This document shows positions 17,168 through 25,448 of a DNA stretch of 64,000 nucleotides, one piece after another (positions within the stretch are counted from its first letter, which is position 1; each line of letters starts with the position of its first letter). A model generated the notes under the pieces. That model ran no database searches, had not been told where the DNA came from, and saw only the letters and a list, made by a program, of their open reading frames with translations. Origin of the DNA: an uncultured Verrucomicrobiae bacterium (lineage in GTDB: Bacteria; Verrucomicrobiota; Verrucomicrobiia; Chthoniobacterales; UBA10450); NCBI GenBank assembly GCA_963728975.1, contig CAVSMF010000005.1, positions 1 to 64,000 of the forward strand, given 5' to 3'. The translations under genes were made by a program, and so were the position numbers.

Positions 17168-17325
17168 GCCTAACCAGGCAAAGCAGCCAATCCGCCTGCG
17201 GCGGACCGGTGCGCGCCCAGGGCTGGACTACATGACTACAGACCGCAGACTACGATTTATGCTCGCTTCCCGCAGCCGTAGCTCCGAAAGTATTCGCGGG
17301 TGAACTGATCCTGGTCTCGTTCGAT
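17168..17325 (+). other. attC site with degenerate R' (GTTCGAT) (R'' GCCTAAC 17168-17174)
   Basis: Shares the internal gactacatgactacagaccgcagactacgatttatgctcg module. Confidence 0.45.
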
Positions 17326-17344
17326 CCACACAACGTTAAAACCT

Positions 17345-17842
17345 ATGTCGTTCGAGCAAATATCTTATCTGGCGCAAATTGTTGCTTCGGTTGGCGTGGT
17401 TGTATCGTTGATCTTTGTCGGTCTACAGATCAGGCAGAATACCGGCGCGCTCCAACGGAACGAGCACAACTCCACCATGGCGCAATGGACGGTGATCCGG
17501 ATGGCGATCGCCAAACACCGCGACATTGCCGAATTGATGACCGCGGGGCTCCATGGAGAGCGTGCCATGGATGCGGCGGATCAGCTGAGGCTGGAGCAGA
17601 TGCTGCAGGAAAACGCCTGGGCGTCCTTCCACATTTGGGAGAGAACGCAGCGGGGTATTTTTCCGAAGGGGACTTTCGAAGCGACAGGTGGAGCACTCTT
17701 GGGCACCTTGCTCAGAACGCCGGGTGGCGATAGCTGGTGGCGCGAGGCCAAACATATTGGCTTCCCTCCTGGGTTCGTCTTGGACGTCGACGCGGTGCTG
17801 GCCAAGAACGGTGGAGCGTCCGCCGTAGTGAATCCGACGTGA
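17345..17842 (+). CDS. cassette ORF, hypothetical protein with N-terminal TM (165 aa)
   Basis: ORF within the last cassette. No recognised domain. Confidence 0.45.
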   Translation: MSFEQISYLAQIVASVGVVVSLIFVGLQIRQNTGALQRNEHNSTMAQWTVIRMAIAKHRDIAELMTAGLHGERAMDAADQLRLEQMLQENAWASFHIWERTQRGIFPKGTFEATGGALLGTLLRTPGGDSWWREAKHIGFPPGFVLDVDAVLAKNGGASAVVNPT

Positions 17843-17854
17843 GACCCGCTGAGG

Positions 17855-17995
17855 CCCTAACCGGGCGATGCGTCTCCGGAAGCGTCCGGGGAGTGCTAAC
17901 TTTGAAACTGTTCGCGACCAGGCACGGTAGCCGTTGTCCTCCACCCTGACATCTGACTTCTTGACATCTGACTTTTGACTTTTGATCTCTGATTA
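17855..17995 (+). other. terminal degenerate attC (R'' CCCTAAC ~17855; no R' core) followed by short direct repeats; probable distal end of the array
   Basis: ccctaaccgggcgatgcg..., then tgacatctgacttcttgacatctgacttttgacttttgatc; no GTTRRRY. Confidence 0.4.
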
Positions 17996-18003
17996 CGACC
18001 CCT

Positions 18004-18207
18004 ATGAAACTCACCAACGACCGCTATATCATTTTAATCGGCACCAAGAATTTCACGGAGCGTTATTACCGAGACAAGGCCGGTTGGTTAAAAGTCAGCG
18101 CGCGGGGCCGAACCTTTCGGATGACTGCGGAACAGGTCTTGAATCATGTTCTCCCCGCGATGGCGGGGGTTAAACCAAACGTAATTATCAAAGTGGAACA
18201 TCATTAA
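18004..18207 (+). CDS. hypothetical small protein (67 aa) just outside the array
   Basis: ORF only. Confidence 0.25.
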   Translation: MKLTNDRYIILIGTKNFTERYYRDKAGWLKVSARGRTFRMTAEQVLNHVLPAMAGVKPNVIIKVEHH

Positions 18208-18258
18208 ACGCTCCTAATTCCATCCAATCCTGTGTAGTTCCACTCTGGTTTGGATCTT

Positions 18259-18582
18259 CTAATTGCCAATTAACGTGACTTTATCCGCCACGTTATCGCC
18301 GCCAATCCTGGTATAGTGGACGCGGACTTTTCGATTGGTGGTCAGGCCGATAGCTGCGATCGTTTTTCCGTCGGGATCGGCGTAGGTGATGTTCGGGCCG
18401 AGCTTGAACTGGGTCGGCGGATTAGGCGGGAGCGTCTGGAGAATCAGCACCTTGCCAGGCGTGTAATCTTTAATAGTACCGGTCATCTCGGCGCCGACTT
18501 TGGGATTGACGGTGGAGGTCTGGGCGTAGGCAGGGCCGATCAGGAGAAGGGCCGTGCAGAAGAGGGATAAGATTGCTTTCAT
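18259..18582 (-). CDS. secreted hypothetical protein (107 aa)
   Basis: Internal start MKAILSLFCTALLLIGPAYAQ is a signal peptide. Convergent with the array. Confidence 0.45.
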   Translation of the reverse strand: MKAILSLFCTALLLIGPAYAQTSTVNPKVGAEMTGTIKDYTPGKVLILQTLPPNPPTQFKLGPNITYADPDGKTIAAIGLTTNRKVRVHYTRIGGDNVADKVTLIGN

Positions 18583-18719
18583 GATTGTGCTTTCTTTAAC
18601 TTCGTCTGGCGCGGGGTATTCGGACGTTCCTAAGCGTGGGAAGGAATTCTCCACATGCCACGCCCAAATGGGCATACCATATTAAAATGACTGGGTGCAT
18701 TGATTAGCGGCGATCGACC

Positions 18720-20930
18720 TCAATCGCCTTGGCGTCTGGTTGAACCACCGCCGCCAACACCCGAGGTGGCGGCCTCCTTTTTAAGCGGGTCGCCGTTCCC
18801 GGCAGAGCCCGGGCGGGTGAATTGCCGGATAAAATCCTCCAGCGGCTTCGAGCTGGCGGCATTTTCCTGGAGGTTGATGCCGGCCTTCTCGCTCAAAATC
18901 AGACTGAGCAGAGTCTCGAGAACGCTTCCGCTTCCCTGCCCTGGGCCTTCGCCCGGTTTGCCTCCGGCGTTGCTGATGAACAATCGCGCCGGCACCAGCG
19001 GCTGAACGCTCTTGGAGAATTGATCCGCGAAAACATTCAGGGCATAGAGCCGCGGGTCGCGATAAGCGCCGACCTTTTGCAATGTGACCGCCGCCTCGGC
19101 CAGGCCGACCTGCGCGATCCGCGAAGATTCGCCTTTGCCAATCAGCTCTTTGGATCGCGCTTCACCTTCGGCCAGCGTCACCTGCTTCTTGGCCAGCTGT
19201 TCCGCTTCCGCGAACTGGGCCTGGCCCCGATTGGCGGCGATCTCGACAGCAATCGCGCTCTGGGTCAGCTCAGTTTGGCGTTCCGCCTTCGCCTTTGCCT
19301 GGTTCAGCGCGACCTGTTGCCGGGCGGCCTCTTCTTGCTTCGCATAAGTGGCGCGCTGTTCGTCCGCCAACCGCCGCATCCGCAGCTGGTCAAACAACAT
19401 GTCAATCGGGTCGGCATGTCCTGCGGCGGGGACATCTCTCGATTCCGGCCGGCCAATCAAAACCGCGACCACATTGATGTCGTAACGCTGGAAGCGTTCG
19501 CCCAGTTCTTCCGTAGCGCGTCTCTGGATTTCTTCACGCTTGGTCAGTAAGTCGAGCATGTGCGATGTCTGGGCGACGTCGCGGAAGTAAGCGGTCAGGA
19601 TCGGATCGAGCGTCTGGGTAATCAGGCGCTTCACATCGCCGAACCGCTGCACTACCGACGGCGCTTTCTGATAGTCGATATGCAAAACTAACGACAGCGG
19701 CAGACGCGGTTCATAACCGTCGGCCGTGATTAGATCGATGCTGGTGAGGTCCTCGTCATAATGATGGGCCTCGGTTTGGCCGCTGATCCAGCGGAGGACG
19801 AAGTTGATCGTCGGCACCAGCTCCACTTTCACCGCGTACGGATTCAGGGCGTATTTGCCGGGAGCGAGCGCGGAACGCCAGACACCTCGCTGGCCGGTCT
19901 CCACTTGTTCGCCATAACGGAACGATTCACCGGTGGTGTCGTTTCCGGCGGCGCCATGATAAGAAACAACCACGCCCACATAGCCAATCGGGATCAGGGT
20001 TTTGGCCTTGATCTCAACCGTGCCAAACCAGCGATTAATGAAGAACGTGCCGTCGGTCAGGACCTGCAACTGTTTGCCACGCTTTCCTCCGAGCTGGAGG
20101 AACGCTTCAGGATCCTGGAAATAATTGTGATCTCTTCCAGCGACCGCCTTGACTTCGGGAGCAATGATTTCACCGGAGCCAATCGTCGGCCCGTCCTGAA
20201 TGCTTACCACGCCAATGGTATCGACATTTGGATTGAACTCGGGCATTTTCTCAGCCAGCGAAGGGGGCGAGCCGGCTTCACTCGCGGTTGCGTCGGCGAT
20301 GCTGGCCTGGAAATGGTTTACACCGCCAGATCCAATGACCACCGGATCAAACGCGCGCAGGGAAGCGAGCTGCGCCTTCCACGATTCGTAACGATCGGCT
20401 GATTCGCGCACCGGCCCCGAGAAAACGCGTTCCTCGGTAATGACAACGAACAGGGCCAGGTTAATGGCATAAACGCCTTCGCGCAGAATCCCGCGCTGCC
20501 GTCCTCGTTGGCCGTGCCCTTCGAGGAAGCGGACCGCGTCCTGGAAGTGATTGGAATCCACGTTGCGGCCGAGGGTTTGGATCGGCTCGAGCGGAACACC
20601 GTCCCGGGCATAAAGGTAAGCCATTTTTCCTTCGCCCACGACAACGAGCGGTTCCTTATGAATGCGGTATTGCCACGGATACAGACCGAAATGAATACCG
20701 CCCCGCAAGAATCTGGCCTGAAAACCGGCCTCGGCATTACGGGCAATGATCTGGCCCTCGCGGAGCGAACCTTTGCTGCTCCAGATTTTTTCGATAATGC
20801 CGACCTGGGTATGCGGAATGTAAACAATTCCGAGCAAACGCGGAAGGCAGAACAACAACAACACAATGGCAAGACCTCCGAGCCATAAGACCCACGGGGC
20901 TTCTGGAAGTGAGAGAGCGATGCTATGCAT
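18720..20930 (-). CDS. flotillin-like SPFH/band-7 domain protein (736 aa) with long coiled-coil region
   Basis: N-terminal TM, an SPFH-like core (VGIIEKIWSS...RFLRGGIHFGLYPWQYRIH...), and a Glu/Ala/Lys/Gln-rich coiled coil. Confidence 0.7.
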   Translation of the reverse strand: MHSIALSLPEAPWVLWLGGLAIVLLLFCLPRLLGIVYIPHTQVGIIEKIWSSKGSLREGQIIARNAEAGFQARFLRGGIHFGLYPWQYRIHKEPLVVVGEGKMAYLYARDGVPLEPIQTLGRNVDSNHFQDAVRFLEGHGQRGRQRGILREGVYAINLALFVVITEERVFSGPVRESADRYESWKAQLASLRAFDPVVIGSGGVNHFQASIADATASEAGSPPSLAEKMPEFNPNVDTIGVVSIQDGPTIGSGEIIAPEVKAVAGRDHNYFQDPEAFLQLGGKRGKQLQVLTDGTFFINRWFGTVEIKAKTLIPIGYVGVVVSYHGAAGNDTTGESFRYGEQVETGQRGVWRSALAPGKYALNPYAVKVELVPTINFVLRWISGQTEAHHYDEDLTSIDLITADGYEPRLPLSLVLHIDYQKAPSVVQRFGDVKRLITQTLDPILTAYFRDVAQTSHMLDLLTKREEIQRRATEELGERFQRYDINVVAVLIGRPESRDVPAAGHADPIDMLFDQLRMRRLADEQRATYAKQEEAARQQVALNQAKAKAERQTELTQSAIAVEIAANRGQAQFAEAEQLAKKQVTLAEGEARSKELIGKGESSRIAQVGLAEAAVTLQKVGAYRDPRLYALNVFADQFSKSVQPLVPARLFISNAGGKPGEGPGQGSGSVLETLLSLILSEKAGINLQENAASSKPLEDFIRQFTRPGSAGNGDPLKKEAATSGVGGGGSTRRQGD

Positions 20931-21276
20931 ATTTTTGTTACTCCTTATTTAATTGTCACCCAGTTAGACAGGGCTTGGCCGCGCAGGCGCGAACGCGTTC
21001 AACCGATTTTTATGAGTATTTTTCGCAACCTGGCCTGACGGCTGCTGCGACGCCGACGCCTTCAGACGCAGGCGGGACTTTTTCAGGATTCATTCCAGCG
21101 TCAACTCTGAAAGGGTTGACATTAACAGATTGCGTTTGCTATGGCGGGACAATGGCGCGTTGGAACAATGCCCGGAAAGTATTTCGCCGGGACGAAGGTC
21201 AATCACCTCCATTTCATTGGAAAGCCGCGCCAAAAAACACGAGCTAAACCATAAACCAAGCTCTTCCCGGTAAATT

Positions 21277-21768
21277 ATGCCAGATAATGCGACTGTCATT
21301 CATGTGAAGCCCGGCCAGGGCGCGGCCTTTTCAGCAGCGGGCGACATTTATCGTGTGCTCGCGAGCGGCGATCAGACGGGCGGTGTTTACGCGCTTTCCG
21401 AAATTCGGGTTTCGCCAAACAACGGCCCGCCGCCGCACGTTCATTCCAGGGAAGACGAATCATTCTTTGTGTTGGAAGGCGAGGTCACGTTTCAGATTGG
21501 GAATGAAACAATCGTTGCCAAGCCCGGGACCTTTATCCAGGGGCCGCGCGGTATTCCTCATTTCTTCAGGAACAATGGCCGGACCGCAGCCCGGATGCTG
21601 GCTTTTGTGGCGCCGCCGGGCTTTGAGCGTTTTATTAACGAATTCGCTCAACCGGTTCCGTCGTTCGATTCCCCGGCGATTCCGGTGGACCAGAAGGAAA
21701 TCGAAAAAATAGTCGCAGCTGCGCCCAAATACGGAATCGAGATTCTGCCACCGAAAGGTGCGGGGTAA
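21277..21768 (+). CDS. cupin domain protein
   Basis: GPPPHVHSREDESFFVLEGEVTFQIG is the cupin_2 two-His motif. Confidence 0.65.
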   Translation: MPDNATVIHVKPGQGAAFSAAGDIYRVLASGDQTGGVYALSEIRVSPNNGPPPHVHSREDESFFVLEGEVTFQIGNETIVAKPGTFIQGPRGIPHFFRNNGRTAARMLAFVAPPGFERFINEFAQPVPSFDSPAIPVDQKEIEKIVAAAPKYGIEILPPKGAG

Positions 21769-21837
21769 TAAGCGGGAAACGATCCCCCGGACCTCTGGGA
21801 GAGAGGTGCCTACCTGATCGGTGTGTCCTGCCGCGAG

Positions 21838-21867
21838 ACGAACCGGCCACAGGCCGGTTGCTACATG
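21838..21867. repeat. solitary REP palindrome (gaaccggccacaggccggttgctacatg)
   Basis: Same unit as the tandem REP arrays at 53.7-54.97 kb. Confidence 0.6.
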
Positions 21868-21979
21868 TTTTCGCGCTTTTGGCGTGTTTAGCGGACGTTC
21901 CCCATGCGTCTGTGGGTTAAAAGCGACGGGACGTCGCTTCTAGGTTGCGCTTGATTCGAGGAGTGAACACCGAGTAGAA

Positions 21980-24190
21980 ATGACTACGATGGATTTGGCC
22001 GGCACTCTGAAACAGCATTTCGGATATTCCGAGTTTCGGCCGTTGCAACGCGAGATCATCAGTGACGCTCTGGCCGGCCGTGATCTTTTTGTTCTGATGC
22101 CGACCGGTGGCGGAAAATCGCTTTGTTTTCAATTGCCCGCGCTGATGCGCGACGGCCTCACCATCGTGGTGTCGCCCCTGATTTCTTTGATGAAAGATCA
22201 GGTGGACGCGCTCCAAACCAGCGGCATAGCGGCGACATTTCTTAACTCGGCATTGGACAAGGCGGAATCCACCGCGCGCTGGCGTGGGCTTCATCGCGGC
22301 CAGTACCGGCTGCTGTATGTGGCGCCGGAGCGTTTGATGCTCGATTCCTTCCTGGAACCCGCGCTCAATTGGAATATCGTCCAAATCGCGATTGACGAAG
22401 CCCATTGTATCAGCGAATGGGGGCACGATTTCCGCCCGGAATACCGGGAATTGAAAAAACTTCGGGCCCACTTTCCGGATGTGCCGGTGATGGCGTTAAC
22501 GGCGACGGCAACCGAACGGGTCCGGTTGGACATCGTCAAGCAGCTAAAACTGCGTGAGCCGCGATGTTACGTGGCCAGCTTTAACCGGCCGAATCTCAAT
22601 TATCGGGTGGTCCCGAAATCGGCGCCTTACGAACAATTGCTCGCATTTGTCCGGAGCCGTCCGAATGAGAGCGGCATTGTTTATTGCGCGAGCAGGAAGA
22701 GCGCGGACTCGCTGGCGGCGCGGCTGAACGAGGATGGGGTTAGCGCCAAACCGTATCATGCCGGTCTGACGCCGGCCACGCGCACAAAGAACCAGGACTT
22801 ATTTCTGCGCGACAGCGTGCGGGTGGTCACCGCCACGATCGCGTTCGGGATGGGAATCAACAAACCAAACGTCCGTTTTGTGATCCATTACGATTTGCCG
22901 AAAAATCTGGAGAGCTATTATCAGGAGACAGGACGGGCGGGCCGCGATGGATTACCGAGCGAATGCGTGCTGCTCTTCAGCGCGAGCGATGTTGCCAAGC
23001 AGATCCATTTTATCGAAGAGAAAAGCGAGGGCGAAGCGCGCATCGCCCGGGAACAGCTTCGACAAATGGTGCACTACGCCGAGACCCGCGACTGCCGCCG
23101 GGCAACGCTACTGGCCTATTTCGGCGAAGCGCAGGTCCGGCCGTCCTGCAACGGTTGCGACAATTGTCTCGCTCCACGCGAGACGTTTGACGGGACGGTG
23201 GCGGCCCAAAAACTTCTCTCCTGCGTTCAACGGATCCATCAGAAGAACGGGTTCGGTTTTGGATTGAATCATGTGGTCGAAGTGCTTACCGGCGCGGATA
23301 CGCAAGCGATCCGGCAGCGGGGGCATAACGAGTTGTCCACCTACGGGATCGGCCGCGATCTCAAACGCGACGCCTGGCAGGCGATTGGGCGGGAGCTGCT
23401 GCGCCTGGGCTTTATGGAATGCGCGCCCGGCAAGTTCGCGACCCTGAGCCTGACCGCCGCAGGTTGGGATGCGCTGCGGAATCGGACACCCGTTACCCTG
23501 ACCAAACCGGTGGACGTTGCCGCGAGGAGTGATAAGGCTCAGGCCGGCGCGATTGAGTGCGATGAAGTTTTATTCGAACATTTACGGCTGCTTCGCCGCC
23601 GGCTCGCCGACGAACGGGACGTGCCGGCCTACGTTATTTTTTCCGACGTCTCCCTGCGGGAAATGGCCCGCGCTTATCCGACAACGGCCGGCAACTTTCG
23701 GCGGATTGCCGGTGTGGGCGAACAGAAATTGAAAGATTTCGCCGAGCCCTTTCTGAAGCAGATCGAGGAGTACCTGCGGACCAATCCTCGCCAGGAATTC
23801 GATAGCGGCACCGTAAATTTCGCCGGTGCGTCCGGGTCCCGGGCTCCGCGGCGCCCTTCCGGATTGAACGACAGCCAGGCGGAAACGCTGCGCCGATTTC
23901 GGCAGGGCGAATCAGTCGGACACATTGCCCGGGCCCGCGGGTTCGTGCCCACCACGATTTATGGGCATCTGGTTGCCGCGATCGAATGCGGCAAAATTGT
24001 CGAGCACGACCGTTTTTTCACGCCGTCGCAAGAAACCGAAATTGCAACCGCCTTCCGGCAGATAAGCGGCGGGACGCTGACTGACGTCAGCGCGCATCTC
24101 GGCGGCAAGTACGACATCGGCAAATTGCGGATCTTTCGCGCCCTAACCGCCCATCGGTCGCGACCGCCAGTTGATGCCGCTGCCGCCTGA
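21980..24190 (+). CDS. recQ: ATP-dependent DNA helicase RecQ
   Basis: YSEFRPLQREII, motif I MPTGGGKSLCFQLPAL, and a DEAH-like DEAHCISEWGHDFRPEY motif. Zn-binding cysteines CxxC. Long C-terminal extension. Confidence 0.85.
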   Translation: MTTMDLAGTLKQHFGYSEFRPLQREIISDALAGRDLFVLMPTGGGKSLCFQLPALMRDGLTIVVSPLISLMKDQVDALQTSGIAATFLNSALDKAESTARWRGLHRGQYRLLYVAPERLMLDSFLEPALNWNIVQIAIDEAHCISEWGHDFRPEYRELKKLRAHFPDVPVMALTATATERVRLDIVKQLKLREPRCYVASFNRPNLNYRVVPKSAPYEQLLAFVRSRPNESGIVYCASRKSADSLAARLNEDGVSAKPYHAGLTPATRTKNQDLFLRDSVRVVTATIAFGMGINKPNVRFVIHYDLPKNLESYYQETGRAGRDGLPSECVLLFSASDVAKQIHFIEEKSEGEARIAREQLRQMVHYAETRDCRRATLLAYFGEAQVRPSCNGCDNCLAPRETFDGTVAAQKLLSCVQRIHQKNGFGFGLNHVVEVLTGADTQAIRQRGHNELSTYGIGRDLKRDAWQAIGRELLRLGFMECAPGKFATLSLTAAGWDALRNRTPVTLTKPVDVAARSDKAQAGAIECDEVLFEHLRLLRRRLADERDVPAYVIFSDVSLREMARAYPTTAGNFRRIAGVGEQKLKDFAEPFLKQIEEYLRTNPRQEFDSGTVNFAGASGSRAPRRPSGLNDSQAETLRRFRQGESVGHIARARGFVPTTIYGHLVAAIECGKIVEHDRFFTPSQETEIATAFRQISGGTLTDVSAHLGGKYDIGKLRIFRALTAHRSRPPVDAAAA

Positions 24191-24519
24191 ACAAACCTTT
24201 CTAACGAAGTTTTTAACCTCAAACCGATAAGGAATGGCTTTCACCTTTTTTTAAAACCTATTACGCCCGATTCCTCGCTCCGCTCGGAATGACAGCGATG
24301 TGGCACCGCTTCAGTCATCCCGAGCGGAGCGAGGGATCGGGCAGATTCGGGTTGACGGGGCTAACGGGTCACAACGCGCCTTTCTCAAATCGCGAGCCAA
24401 CCCTGAGCGGACATCTCGGAGAGATGTCCCTACCTGTACCTACGCCTAGCTGTACCCATGCCTACCTGTACCCTGGATTCCAAGACATCCGCGCCTGCGA
24501 TCGAGCGCGTAGACTTAGT

Positions 24520-24705
24520 ATGCCTGCAAAATCCAAGAAGCAGCAGATGGCTGCCGGCGCAGCCTTGGCCGCTAAACGCGGGAAAAAATCAAAGAGCTCG
24601 CTTCGCGGCGCATCGAAGCAAATGGCGAAATCGATGAGCAAAAAGGAATTGCGCAAATTTGCCAAAACCAAACGCAAAAACTTACCCCGAAAAAAACGTC
24701 GCTGA
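24520..24705 (+). CDS. small Lys/Ala-rich DUF3008-like protein (61 aa)
   Basis: MPAKSKKQQMAAGAALAAKRGKK...SKKELRKFAKTKRKNLPRKKRR. Starts in frame inside the longer ORF 24289-24705. Confidence 0.4.
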   Translation: MPAKSKKQQMAAGAALAAKRGKKSKSSLRGASKQMAKSMSKKELRKFAKTKRKNLPRKKRR

Positions 24706-24844
24706 AATATACCCGGACGCCCCGGAGGTGCGTCCCTACCTGAGATTGATCGGGACGCGCAGTGTGGCCTCGAACCGCTGCGCGCTACTAAAGAGCGCCC
24801 GGCAACATGCCGGACGCAGCGGGCAACATGCCCGCGCTCCCTGC

Positions 24845-25282
24845 TTACGGCGGCTGGGGGGCCGCCGTTCCTTGTTGCTCGTCGGGACCGGGATCGACGC
24901 CGATTCCCTTTTTCGCCAAAAGATTTGCGACCGCCTCCTCCAGATCGGCAATTCCAACCGGCTTTCGCAAATAGGCGTCGCCACAAATCGACAGCGCTTT
25001 TTGCTGTTCTTCATCACCGGCATAAGCGGAATAGTAGAGGACGCCCACATCCGGTTGAAGTTTTCTCAATTTTTGACAAAGATCGATGCCGCTGCCGTCA
25101 TCCAGGCGGATGTCGAGAATGAACAGGTCGAATTCAATTTCCTGGGCCAACTGCAATGCTTCGGCTATGGTTCCCGCGGTCATCACCCCGTATTGGGCAT
25201 CGCCCAAAACAGCGGCCATAAGCAGCCGCGTATCCTGGTTGTCGTCAACGTGCAGAATCCGCGCTTTAGTTTTCTTTGCCAT
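24845..25282 (-). CDS. single-domain response regulator (CheY-like receiver)
   Basis: ILHVDDN...DLFILDIRLDDGSGIDL...LRKP. The phospho-acceptor Asp context is conserved. Confidence 0.7.
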   Translation of the reverse strand: MAKKTKARILHVDDNQDTRLLMAAVLGDAQYGVMTAGTIAEALQLAQEIEFDLFILDIRLDDGSGIDLCQKLRKLQPDVGVLYYSAYAGDEEQQKALSICGDAYLRKPVGIADLEEAVANLLAKKGIGVDPGPDEQQGTAAPQPP

Positions 25283-25448
25283 TGGGGGTTGTCGTCGCTG
25301 TCCGGCCTATTCGTCCAAAACTTGGCTCGATATGCAAGACTCAAAAACGGGGCTGACTCTGGTCGTATCAATAAGACGGAATAGGGGCGGCAAAGGCCGC
25401 TTCTACTTCTGCTGGCGAAGAGCGGGGATATGCCGCTAAGGTACGATC

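Larger units (their letters stand above)
1..17995 (+). mobile_element. integron-type gene cassette array (partial; continues upstream of window; intI/attI not in window)
   Basis: About 25 repeats of [RYYYAAC ... imperfect palindrome ... GTTRRRY]. Each separates one or two small unrelated ORFs, all on the + strand. Compensatory changes occur between the two arms of the palindromes. Many ORF stop codons are the TAA inside the R'' box. One cassette is duplicated with boundaries at G|TTAGGC. Confidence 0.75.

Noticed and set aside
1-17995. Alternative reading of the array repeats as an ordinary REP/BIME family or as terminators
   Set aside because: The repeats have conserved terminal RYYYAAC/GTTRRRY cores in inverse orientation. 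Their arms covary. Each separates exactly one (occasionally two) co-oriented ORF. A cassette is duplicated with boundaries at the core. All of this fits attC sites far better than REPs or terminators, though a covariance-model test is still needed.
18822-19550. 242-aa ORF antisense to the flotillin-like gene; similar antisense ORFs inside sucA (44400-45053, 45588-46769), the vWA gene (25587-26423, 278 aa), the GT1 cassette gene (11851-12492) and lpdA (39420-40058)
   Set aside because: They are antisense to genes with clear homology and are low-complexity, Arg/Ala/Gly-rich high-GC artefacts.
20909-21247. 112-aa ORF between the flotillin and cupin genes
   Set aside because: It starts inside the flotillin gene's 5' region on the opposite strand. 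It has no homology signal and is probably promoter/UTR sequence.
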